Source: Ostrea edulis
Taxonomy: Eukaryota
NCBI RefSeq assembly: GCF_947568905.1
Contig: NC_079165.1
Coordinates: 95,418,001-95,482,000, forward strand
DNA length: 64,000 nucleotides
Reading direction: 5' to 3'
The notes beneath the pieces were generated by a model. That model saw only the letters and a list, made by a program, of their open reading frames with translations, was not told where the DNA came from and made no database searches. Below are positions 39,440 to 49,966 of this stretch, in pieces (position 1 is the first letter of the stretch; each line of letters begins with the position of its first letter). A program made the position numbers and the translations under genes.

Positions 39440-40170
39440 GGGAGCAAGAATGCGTGGACGAGGGAGTGAATATTTGTGATGGAGACAACGAGAATGCGTG
39501 AGGGAGGCAGTGAGAATGCGTGAACGAGGCAGTGAAGGAGACAGCGAGAATGCATGAGGGAGGAAGTGAGAATGCGTGAGGGAGGCAGTGAGAATGCGTG
39601 AACGAGGCAGTGGGGGAGACAGCAGGAATGCATGAGGGAGGCAGTGAGAATGCGTTAGAGAGGCAGTGAGAATGCGTGGACGAGGCAGTGGAGGGGGGGG
39701 GACGGACAACGAGAATGCATGAGGGAGGCAGTAAGAATGCGTGAAGGAGGCAGCAAAATTGCGTGAGGGAGGCAGTGAGAATGCGTGAAGGAGGCAGCAA
39801 AAATGCGTGAGGGAGGCAGTGAGGATGCGTGGAGGAAGCAGCGAGAATACGTGAAGAGGCAGCAAGAATGCATGGATGAGGCAGTGAGAATGCGTGAACG
39901 AGGCAGTGAGAATGTGTGAGGAAGGCAGCGAGAATACGTGAGGGAGGCAGTGATAATGCGTGGGGAAGGCAGCGAGAATGCGTGAAAGAGGCAGCAAAAA
40001 TGCGTGAGGGAGGCAGTGAGAATGCGTGAAGGAGGCAGTAAAAATGCGTGAGGGAGGCAGTGAGAATGCGTGAAGAGGCAGCAAAAATAAGTGAGGGAGG
40101 CAGCGAGAATGCGTGGACGAGGCAGTGAGAATGCGTGCACGAGGCAGTGAGAATGCGTGAGGGAGGCAGC
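39440..40170. repeat. Degenerate 22-bp purine-rich minisatellite
   Basis: Unit gagggaggcagtgagaatgcgt, which explains the PPSRILTASLTHS ORFs. Confidence 0.93.
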
Positions 40171-41108
40171 GATAAAACGAGAACGACGATGCGTTATCTC
40201 CCTAAAGGCGAGAGAGCCTGTGACCCTAACAGATTACATAATTGTTGCCTACATACATGTCCAGCTTTTGGCAAACTGTTTCTTCATTCCACGGATTGAT
40301 TTGGATATTAAACATGTCATTTCATTTGATGAAGGGGACTACCATTATTTAATTGGTAATGGCTGTTCAAAATGTATGTAAATGAAGCAGTGGTATCGCA
40401 TGTTATGATAAAGTTTTTCTCTTTCTGTTCCAAATATTCTCTTTAGAGAAGTTGAGAGGCATAGCCTTCACCGAAGACTGTGCCTCTCGACTTCTCTACA
40501 GAGAATATGTTCCAAAATGCCATTTTCTGTTATGCATGTTTAACACTAAATATGAAAGTGGAACGTTTTGTTTGTTTCATTTGTTTATTGTTTTACGTCC
40601 CTTTGAGAATTTTTCACTCATATTGAGATTCACCAGCTGTTGGTGAAGTATCATAAATCTAAACCAATGTTTAGGGGTCAGACCCGTAGCAGTGAGGGAT
40701 CTTTAACCGCGTTATTCGTAAGAACCTTGACCTTTGCATCTAAATACCGAGCGGTTGGCGACTGGCTTTCGTAACCGATCGAAAATTGGAAGTGCGTGTA
40801 TACATGTATATAGCAGTCACATGTTTGAAATATCAGCTTAAAATACTCTGAATGTGTAGCTAAGTACATATATTACTACTATCTAATGCATCATGCCGTG
40901 ATCTCCATTTTACTTCAAGTAATAAAAAATGTGATTGCTATTTCAAAGCATCCTCAACATTCGAGAGTGGCATAACACTTTTCAATTAAACTTTTTGGCA
41001 TAGATAAACATATCAACTTATGTACGAAATTACGATATTCATTGAGAGTTGAACCTCCATGTTCGTATTCGAGTCGAAAGAGACGGAGATGTGATTTTTA
41101 ACCATTAC

Positions 41109-41947
41109 CTGTCTACAGGCATACGGAGCTCATCCGCCATAAACTTAGCCATTCCCGTGGCATATTTCTGTTTTGTGGTTTGTGAGATGATGTCACAGTT
41201 GTGGTAGAATTCAATGTTCATCATGGGGGCAGATAAACCACCCCTCATCATCGGAGTGTCGGCGTGGATTTCAACTATCACTCTCTGAAACAAATTACAA
41301 AACACGTGTTATCTATCACTAAAGGAACCATACCACAACCATCTCCACATCACTCTCTGAAACAAACCACAACCATCTCCACATCACTCTCTGAAACAAA
41401 CCACAACCATCTCCACATCACTCTCTGAAACAAACCACAACCATCTCCACATCACTCTCTGAAACAAACCACAACCATCTCCACATCACTCTCTGAAACA
41501 AACCACAACCATCTCCACATCACTCTCTGAAACAAACCACAACCATCTCCACATCGCTCTCTGAAACAAACCACAACCATCTCCACATCACTCTCTGAAA
41601 CAAACCACATCCATGTTCCAAAGATCTCTGAGATCTTTGGAACATGGCTGTGGTTTGTTTCAGAGAGTGATGTGGAGATGGTTGTGGTTTGTTTCAGAGA
41701 GTGATGTGGAGATGGTTGTGGTTTGTTTCAGAGAGTGATGTGGAGATGGTTGTGGTTTGTTTCAGAGAGTGATGTGGAGATGGTTGTGGTTTGTTTCAGA
41801 GAGTGATGTGGAGATGGTTGTGGTTTGTCACACTCTGAAACAAACCACAACGATCTCTGAAACAAACCACATAGATCTCTGAATCAATTCACAAAGATCT
41901 CCAACTTCACACTCTGAAACAAATCACAAAGATCCCCAGATCACAAA

Positions 41948-41986
<39 letters not shown>

Positions 41987-42434
41987 GAAACAAATCATAG
42001 TTCTAGATATCATTTTATGACACAAGTATATTCTTTAAAGTATGTTTGCACTGCAAAACTAAACGGGAAAAAAAATTCAATCTGTTTTATTTTGCGTTAG
42101 TATCTTACAAAAAATTTCTTATTTCCGTTTGGTACACGGAACGTATTTCAACAAAAAGTCATAAACCGAATTACTCTCTCTATATTAATACTATTCGGGT
42201 AAAAATCGATTTCTAAGGATAATAGTCCATGAAAATAAAATCTAAAATGTTTAGAAATGTAATTCTAATGCGTTGGTGATTTACGTAATTCGATTACCTG
42301 ACAAGATAACTTACCTTAGATTCCGTTTTATATGTATCGCATAAGTACTCCGTAAATTTGCTTAAGAAATCTTTCTTTATAGATTGTCGAGGAACATTCG
42401 TTTTAACTACCGCAGAAACACTGATCAGCGTCAT
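41109..42434 (-). CDS. MIF/D-dopachrome tautomerase family protein, exons 1-2 (last exon not located)
   Basis: Exon 42434-42315 (MTLISVSAVVKTNVPRQSIKKDFLSKFTEYLCDTYKTESK, caccATG context, AAG/gtaagt donor) and exon 41284-41109 (RVIVEIHADTPMMRGGLSAP...MADELRMPVDR, phase-2 donor). TNVPR, M-x-x-GG-x-S-x-P and LRxxxDR match the MIF fold, and the intron positions match MIF. Confidence 0.82.
41330..41940. repeat. 34-bp minisatellite with a fold-back inverted half in MIF-like intron 1
   Basis: Unit ctctctgaaacaaaccacaaccatctccacatca, with 8 direct copies (41353-41591) and 5 inverted copies (41661-41797). The palindrome centre is at 41629. Confidence 0.95.
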
Positions 42435-43739
42435 GGTGCCCCTCCTCCTTAATTCGGAGTAAACTAAATCACAAAAATCGACTCCTTACTGCACAAACCC
42501 AAAAGTTTTAAAACACTAGAAAACGGGCACACGAGCCAAAATTATAAAGTTCGTTTATTCTGGTAATCTATAAGATATGCATTGAATTTAAAGTGAAACA
42601 TATACAAACAGTGCTATTCAAACTTTCCCCGGTAGCGGTCTTTAAACAATTCGGGGTGCTTTGAATATCTATCAAGCAGTGACAGAGCAGGACGCGTAAT
42701 TGTGTATTGCCAGGATCTGTATTATTTACAGCATATCTTGTCATTAAGTCATGGAATATTTACCTTAATAAGATAATTTTTTAACTTGGCGTGCAATCTT
42801 GGTCAGTGTACAAAGAGAACTGGCTTAATGTTAATTTGTGTTCCACCGAGACATTTGATAGCTATGGATGTCAGGCTCGACAAAAAAACAAATTTCGTGC
42901 GTAAAGCGCGTCGACGTTTACTGTTGTAATGTCATGTAGAATTAATTAACATTTTTATAACATCATAGGCCTACCCTGAATCTTTTTTGTTGTAGTGCAG
43001 TGAAATTTATCTCTCAACGATTAGTGGTTGTGATGATTATACCTCTGATTGAAATGTCCCTCACACAAGAGCGAGTGTAGTTCAAACTTCAAGAATTCGA
43101 TATTTTATAACTGTTCTCTTTGTTCTAATATTTGCATTCTAGCGGCAGCATTTCATTGTAATACGTGCACAGTTCAATGGTGGTCTTTGAAAAGTTGCAA
43201 AGAAAACAAGGGATTAAAATATTCGATTGTTTCAATTTGGGGTCCAGCCTTATAGTTTAATCAAGAGCTGTGAAAAAGAACAGTGTAACTAATGTACATG
43301 TATGTTTGTGTTTCGTTTTGTGTGTTTGATTGTTTTGTTTTTTGGTGTGTGGGTGGATGGGTGTGGGTGTATGGGGGTGGACCGGCGTGCGTGTGCGTGC
43401 GTGTGTTCATTTTGTGTTTGCTTTTGGTGAGCATATGTCAATTATTTGTCACCAAAAATTGAATTCAATGAAAATTGCTCAATAATATATATTATTATTT
43501 CAGTAATAACACTAGTATTTAAAATCATTTCAAACACCTTTTAACCTCGTAACAGGCACATGAATATGTAATTTTGGTGATTAAATAATCATTGTCTTGC
43601 AAGACAGTAATTCTTCCTTTTATATTTCTTTACACTAAAAGCGGTTATCTATCTTGGTTTCTTATTCTCCTGTTTTTGTACAAAATGAATGTTTTAAGTA
43701 GTCATTAATATTTATATTCCTATGCCATTGAGAGATTTT

Positions 43740-44175
43740 GAGAAAACAAGGTTGTCATCACTTTCACAACTAATACTGATAACTGAACACTTCTGTCAAA
43801 TATCAATCTGCATTCAGAAACATCTCCAAATATTAAAACGGCCATGTCCATGTTATTACACCATGGGAAATACCAGAATCGGTGCCTTGCACAATTATAT
43901 CTAGTGCTGAACATCTCTTTTCATTCCTAGAGAAACTACGTCCACAAAAGGTTGCCATCACTTTCACAACTAATACTAATAACTGAATACTTCCGTCAAA
44001 TATTAATCTGCATTCAGAAACATCTTCATATATTAAAACGGCCATGTCCATGTTATTACACCATGGGGAAAACCAAATCAATCAACAACAAAAATTAAAG
44101 AAAAGAAAATCCGTGGGCACAATTACATTTAGTGCTGAACACCTCTTCTCATTCCTAGAGAAACTGCGTCCACAA
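43740..44175. repeat. About 200-bp tandem duplication, 2 copies plus a partial third
   Basis: ggttg(t/c)catcactttcacaactaatact at 43750 and 43950. Confidence 0.85.
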
Positions 44176-44294
44176 ACTTTGTGATAGGGGGACATAAGGA
44201 GCTTACATAGGTTACAGTCCCTGTAAATTATGTACACGAGAAAACAGTAGATATCATTTTTAAAAATCACGAGTCGGTATATATTACTCTTGAT

Positions 44295-44445
44295 GAAAAA
44301 GGTAAAGATAACAAACAGTGAGCCCTCTAACATGCTGTTGAAACCCCTGTAACACCAACTTTCAAAAATTGAATATACGCAGAACATGCTTCCGCGTATC
44401 AAATCAATAGGAAGACATAAACACCATATGTTAGTGATGATATAA
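44295..44445 (-). mobile_element. Degenerate PLE-like RT thumb fragment
   Basis: Reads TYGVYVFLLI*YAEACSAYIQFL, a decayed GVYISQLIRYARACS motif, followed by the same cactgtttgttatctttacc 3' end as 36250. Confidence 0.5.
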
Positions 44446-45508
44446 TATTGCTGCATAGATATGGGAAGTTGACGATGGAGTATTTTCTGTAGAAACGAGG
44501 GGGTTATCTATGTTCGGTNNNNNNNNNNNNNNNNNNNNNNNNNNNNNNNNNNNNNNNNNNNNNNNNNNNNNNNNNNNNNNNNNNNNNNNNNNNNNNNNNN
44601 NNNNNNNNNNNNNNNNNNNNNNNNNNNNNNNNNNNNNNNNNNNNNNATTACAACCTTGTTTGTGAAGAGAATTTTATTTTCTAAATCATGGGAATTGATT
44701 TAGGTAATCAACTCTATTTCAAACACTTTTAAGTTGTTACATTTCCAATGTTTTGAACTATGATATCTTTATCAATTGAAAATGATAGTAATTTCCTCGT
44801 AAATTATATTTTAACGGCTGAGAATATTCCGACAGAAAAGAAAGTAAAATGTAAGTATGAAAATACATGAGAGTATAAAAACAACACCTCATGTCACTCC
44901 AGCATTCTTTTCTGACGTAAAGCGTAGCAGTTGATGCCCTCCATGGGGGGAGGGGGGTTGAACCCCCCCCCCCCTCCTTTGGTCAGTAAAGTTTGCTAGA
45001 AAAGGTAAAAATAACGAATTTTGAGGGTGGATCTCCCATTGAAAACCGAAAATGATGGTAGAATCCCCTCTTTCGAAAATTTCTGGACCTGCCCTTACCT
45101 CATGTATTTTCACAAATGAAATTTATTTCTAAAGTATCACTCATTCTTTTAAATATCCCTCGTATGAAGTTTGCAGACCTTTGGACCAAAAGAAAAAGAA
45201 AAAAGAAATTAGATCTACTGGGTTATACACTGCAATGACGTATGTCCGGGCGTTCACATCACAGGTACTTGTTTCTGTAAATGAAGTGACGAAGTCCGTA
45301 TAGTAAACACTCTTAGTATTGTATTGTATTGTTTATTGGCTTTAAGCCTTACGGCTCATCAGCATAATACATATTCAATTACAAAGTATAAACAAAAAAG
45401 ATGTATACAGTATGAAAAGTGGAGTGAATATTAGAGGATGGACATACATGAAGAGAGTTATAAGACAAGTTTACATAAAAAAGAAACCAACAAAAACCAG
45501 CATATACA

Positions 45509-48500
45509 TTAGACGATAGTTTGGCTAGATTGTAAGAGTAAAGCACCTTTTAAAAATTTACCCAGATTACAGATTTGTTTTCTATTATGAATTGACATCA
45601 ATTGTACCAGTTTAAACATAGAAGCATGCGACCAATAATATTTTTTTATATATGCAGATCTGAGGTTTTTGTACAAAGGACATATTAAAATAAAATGATA
45701 TTCGTCCTCAACTTCGTTCAAATTACAGAATTCACACAATCGATCTTGTCTTGCTGTGCCATTATATCTACCTTGTTCAATTCTAAGCTGGTGAGCAGAC
45801 AATCTAAATTTTGCTAAAAGATTAATAAGATTTTCCGGAATAGATTTTGTCAAGTAAAATTGAATGGTAACATTATCAATAAGGTGTCTATACAGAATAC
45901 ATTTGGGTGAATTAACAAAAAATTCATCTCGTGACTGCATGAAGTTGTCAGTTAAACGCTGTTTGAGACATTCTAGAAATAAAACTTCATTATTAACATA
46001 GTGGTTAAACCATACATCACCAAATCCTTTCGATAATAATAAATGCTTAACTTGGCAGCGCCAATTACAGTTCTTGTGATTGCAAATCAACATGTCATCA
46101 TATATAGATTGAAGGATACAATTGTCGGTTTTGATAACTTTCAACCAATATTTGATAATTTTTATCATACGTAAATTATACATTGGCACACGACCAAGTT
46201 CCCCGTAAACCATATAATTTGGAGTGCACTTCTTTACATGTAAAATTCGCTTACAAAAGTCCACATGTACCTTTTCAACATCGTTACCTGGGTTAAAACC
46301 CCAAATTTCACTACCATAATTCAAAACACTTGAAACATAAGTATCAAATACATGAAGTTTTGTTACAATATTCAGTGACAGATTATCACAAATTCGAAGA
46401 ATATGGTACATACATTTTCTACCCTGCTCGGCGATAATACACTGAGACTTTAAAAATTTACCATTAAAATTTAAAGTAAGACCAAGATAATTAAAACTGT
46501 CAACAACTTCTAGTTCGCTACCATTGTAAAACCATTTGCTGGCGGCATTTATTTTCCCTCCGTTACGAAAGACAAGAACTTTTGTTTTTTGAATGTTAAC
46601 TTTTAGGTCCCATTCGTTACAATAAACTGATAAAGTATTTAACATGTTTTGTAATCCTGTGGCTGATTCAGAAAAAAGTACAGTATCATCAGCGTACATT
46701 AGCAAAAACAGTGATATATCTTTAAAGTCAATTCCATCACATAAGCTATTAATAAATGCATTCTCAAAATCATTCACATAGAGAGAGAACAAAAAGGGGG
46801 ACAACCCCTCACCTTGCATTAATCCGTTTGTACATGAGAAGAAGTTCGATAATTCGGATTGAAATCTAACACAGGATTTTAAGTTACTATATAGTGATTT
46901 GATGATTGTAAGTAATTTACCAGTGATGCCACAGCGTGATAATTTAAAAAATAACTTGTTTCGGTTGACATTATCGAAAGCCTTTTCATAATCAACAAAA
47001 CAGCAAAATAACTTATTTTTGCGTGATAACGTTCTACTAATGACACTTTGTAATGCAAATATAGCGTCTGAAGTGCCAAAACCTGGTTTGAAACCAAACT
47101 GAGCATCTGACACAGAATTATTCCCGTAACACCATTTTAACAACCTATCATTTAAAACAGAAGTAAATATTTTTGCCAAACAACTCACCAGAGTTATGCC
47201 TCTATAGCTATTAGTGTCGTTAGCATTTCCTTTCTTAAAAGATGGGAAAATAATTCCCTCAGACCAACATGTTGGAAATGTGCCACGATTAAAGATAATA
47301 TTGAATAGATGTGACAACAATGGAGTAAAAATAACTCGAAATTTACAAAAGTATTCATTTAACAAGTTATCAATGCCCGGTGATTTAGCAGCTTTCGTTT
47401 TCTTTAATACATTACAAACTTCATCACATGATATTGGAACATCTAGCTCCTCGAAAATGCAACTTTGAGCTCGGTCCACATCTGTATTATTGTTATCTCC
47501 ATCATTGTTACAGACAGACTTGAAATGCTCAAAAAAATTATTCAAAGACAACTCTGTAGGTGGAGACCGTGAATTCTTCTTAAACGCTTTGTAAAATTGC
47601 CTAGGATTATTCCTACGTAACAGACTAAGTCGGTTCCCCTCTGATCTTAAATACTTACGTCTGACCTGTCGTTCATAACGTTTATATTCACCTTTAGCTT
47701 CAACCAGATTACATCTGTTTTCCGGGCTACGCTCAGAATTAAAGATGTACATAAAATGACGATAAGTGTTGTACAAGTGCTTACATTTTTCGTCAAACCA
47801 AGGTTTATCCTTGTTGGTAGAACTTTTCTTATTTGGTGAATTTTTTTTACAACATTTTACATTTCTAGAACAAGGTTGAAAAACATCATTTAATATAGAA
47901 TTAAACTGCTCAATACCACGATCCAGTGTTAGGGTAGATGATTGTATTAAGTCGATAATATTATACAGATCACTGACTTTGTCATTGAGGTCACGTTCCA
48001 TTTGTTCCACGTGCTCGTCGTCCCATCTGAACTTCCGTGTCGTATTTGGACCACTCGTGATTACATCACTATTATTGGAAAAGCTAGCATTCATACATTT
48101 CAAAGTAAATTCTACTGGTGCGTGATCTGACCATTCGTTAAACTCACAGACGTTAAGCTTAGTGACATTGTTAAAGTACGCATCTTCTACTAAAATGTAA
48201 TCTATAACACTTGTACCCAAGTGATTGTAAAAAGTTAACTGACCATTTTCATCACCTGGTGTTCTACCATTACAAAGTCTTAAACCAGTAGATTTACATA
48301 ATTCTAAAAGCTTTCTGCCAAACCTATTAACCATCATATCTTCTGATACTCGATGTGGCATGACCGAATCGGTGTTATAATCAAAAACATTTGACAGCAT
48401 ATCATGAATAGGTATAGCAAGAGAGTCTTCTACAATATAATCAGGTAAATTACCAACTCTACTGTTTAAGTCACCGGCAACAACAACAGTGCCGTTCTGT

Positions 48501-48910
48501 GTAAAAATTGACATATCATTTAAGATACAATCAAATAAATCGCAATTATACTTTGTGTAGTAAACGTTATGATCATGAGGTATATACGCAAAACAGATAT
48601 AAATATCGGGATGATCTCTTTGTTCTACTCTTAACCATATGAGTGTGTCTTCAACACATTTAACAATTGATACAAACTTACGAAGTGTTTTTCTGTATAA
48701 CAGCACAAGGCCACCGCCTTTACCCTTCAGTCTAGGAAAACATTTGTATTCAAATTCGTCGTTTAACCAATCGCACTTTAGAGCTGTTCCAGGTTGAATC
48801 CAGCATTCTGATAAAAATATTACATCGTAGTCAGATATGACTGTGCAAAAATCACTGTCACATATCTTTTGCTCTAAATTTCTGTTTACATTCCATGCGA
48901 CTATACGCAA
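45509..48910 (-). CDS. LINE ORF2: AP endonuclease, reverse transcriptase and C-terminal Cys/His motif, 1133 aa, no AUG start
   Basis: APE motifs AWNV, FLSECW, GDLNSR, IDYI and SDHAP. RT motifs QFGFKPG, FVDYEKAFD, QGEGLSPFLF and YADD. C-terminal CEFC...EDEYHFILICP. No internal stops. Confidence 0.96.
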   Translation of the reverse strand: MRIVAWNVNRNLEQKICDSDFCTVISDYDVIFLSECWIQPGTALKCDWLNDEFEYKCFPRLKGKGGGLVLLYRKTLRKFVSIVKCVEDTLIWLRVEQRDHPDIYICFAYIPHDHNVYYTKYNCDLFDCILNDMSIFTQNGTVVVAGDLNSRVGNLPDYIVEDSLAIPIHDMLSNVFDYNTDSVMPHRVSEDMMVNRFGRKLLELCKSTGLRLCNGRTPGDENGQLTFYNHLGTSVIDYILVEDAYFNNVTKLNVCEFNEWSDHAPVEFTLKCMNASFSNNSDVITSGPNTTRKFRWDDEHVEQMERDLNDKVSDLYNIIDLIQSSTLTLDRGIEQFNSILNDVFQPCSRNVKCCKKNSPNKKSSTNKDKPWFDEKCKHLYNTYRHFMYIFNSERSPENRCNLVEAKGEYKRYERQVRRKYLRSEGNRLSLLRRNNPRQFYKAFKKNSRSPPTELSLNNFFEHFKSVCNNDGDNNNTDVDRAQSCIFEELDVPISCDEVCNVLKKTKAAKSPGIDNLLNEYFCKFRVIFTPLLSHLFNIIFNRGTFPTCWSEGIIFPSFKKGNANDTNSYRGITLVSCLAKIFTSVLNDRLLKWCYGNNSVSDAQFGFKPGFGTSDAIFALQSVISRTLSRKNKLFCCFVDYEKAFDNVNRNKLFFKLSRCGITGKLLTIIKSLYSNLKSCVRFQSELSNFFSCTNGLMQGEGLSPFLFSLYVNDFENAFINSLCDGIDFKDISLFLLMYADDTVLFSESATGLQNMLNTLSVYCNEWDLKVNIQKTKVLVFRNGGKINAASKWFYNGSELEVVDSFNYLGLTLNFNGKFLKSQCIIAEQGRKCMYHILRICDNLSLNIVTKLHVFDTYVSSVLNYGSEIWGFNPGNDVEKVHVDFCKRILHVKKCTPNYMVYGELGRVPMYNLRMIKIIKYWLKVIKTDNCILQSIYDDMLICNHKNCNWRCQVKHLLLSKGFGDVWFNHYVNNEVLFLECLKQRLTDNFMQSRDEFFVNSPKCILYRHLIDNVTIQFYLTKSIPENLINLLAKFRLSAHQLRIEQGRYNGTARQDRLCEFCNLNEVEDEYHFILICPLYKNLRSAYIKKYYWSHASMFKLVQLMSIHNRKQICNLGKFLKGALLLQSSQTIV

Positions 48911-48934
48911 TGAATGTCCGACCCCCGCAATTTC

Positions 48935-49966
48935 CTATCTCATCGGTTCCTGGATCCGTGGGTTGGTAGGTGGTTTGTATGGAACGCCATCAATGTACAG
49001 TTTATTGTACACTAAACGTGTCCTGTGTCCTTGTCGTTGTTTCTCCTTCGCAATGTGAATTAGTTGTCGTCTTTGTTCGTTGATTTCTGGTGGAAATTGT
49101 TCATTTATATAAAAGTTTGTACCTTTCAGTTCTCTGGATCTGAATTTGACGTCTTGCCTTTGTTTAAAGTTGTTAAACTTCGCCACTATTGCTCGGGGTT
49201 TGTTACGTCCCGTCATTCTATGTACTCTGTCAAACTTAATGTTGCTCACATCAGCCGTATCCATTTTCAGTTCTTTTTCTAGAAATTCTCGTAAAAAGTT
49301 CTCAGTCACATTAGGGGTTTCGTCGACTCTCTCAGGAATATTTGAGAAGATTAAATTGTCCCTCATAGAGCGCGCTTTTACGTCAATGATTTCCCATTTC
49401 AGTGCTTGATTTTCTGACTCTAGGTGTGCTATTCGGTCGTCCATTTCGTTGCATTGGTACTCTACTCCATCTGTCCTTTCACCGAGAGTTGTAATCATGT
49501 CCTTTGTTTGTTGAAGACTTGAGTTTATACTGGATTTTATGTTGGATAGTTCCGATTCAAAATTTGAGATAGTTGTGCCGATGCTCGCTACTTTAGTTTC
49601 AACACTTTCAAGTTTTTCGAGTTTTTTGTACACACCGTTTACTTTGGACTCCAACGTACGGAAAGCGTTGACAAGTTCCTTAGCCCATGGTGGACATGTA
49701 TCATTTGTTTGCGATTGCACCAGAGAGACATTTTGTTGATTCTGCGATGCTGCGGTTGGTAACGGTGTAGAAGTAATATTTTCTCGATTGTTTGTATCGA
49801 TAATTGGTGTAGCTGCCAACGTTGAACTTCCATAGAGCACATCGTTCACTTCACTGAGAACACTACTCACAGCCAAGGTACTACTGTCACTATTGTCCGA
49901 ACTGCTAAGACTTTGACTTTCTTTTTTGCGTTTTTTATCCTGATTCTCACGACGAGATTTCCCCAT
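48935..49966 (-). CDS. LINE ORF1 (coiled coil plus L1-type RRM/CTD), 343 aa
   Basis: Basic N-terminus, a heptad-rich coiled coil, then RSMRDNLIFSNIPE, FDRVHR, IVAKF, EQFPPEI and LVYNKLYIDG, typical of L1-like ORF1 proteins. Confidence 0.92.
   Translation of the reverse strand: MGKSRRENQDKKRKKESQSLSSSDNSDSSTLAVSSVLSEVNDVLYGSSTLAATPIIDTNNRENITSTPLPTAASQNQQNVSLVQSQTNDTCPPWAKELVNAFRTLESKVNGVYKKLEKLESVETKVASIGTTISNFESELSNIKSSINSSLQQTKDMITTLGERTDGVEYQCNEMDDRIAHLESENQALKWEIIDVKARSMRDNLIFSNIPERVDETPNVTENFLREFLEKELKMDTADVSNIKFDRVHRMTGRNKPRAIVAKFNNFKQRQDVKFRSRELKGTNFYINEQFPPEINEQRRQLIHIAKEKQRQGHRTRLVYNKLYIDGVPYKPPTNPRIQEPMR

Noticed and set aside
39273-40140. Several 86-227 aa ORFs rich in P, S, H and L
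   Set aside because: Translations of the 22-bp minisatellite in multiple frames.
40440-41100. Candidate third exons for the MIF-like gene
   Set aside because: Several AG sites were tested in phase 2 and none gave a convincing MIF C-terminal peptide, so it is left unassigned.
43040-43200. Possible MIF paralogue exon (NIEFLK..., AG/gtataa donor)
   Set aside because: In-frame stops and no real similarity beyond four residues.
45338-45365. Hammerhead-like CUGAUGA-GCC-GUAA-GGC in the LINE 3' UTR
   Set aside because: Followed by UUAAA rather than GAAA, with no stem I or III. More likely the usual 3' recognition stem-loop of a LINE.
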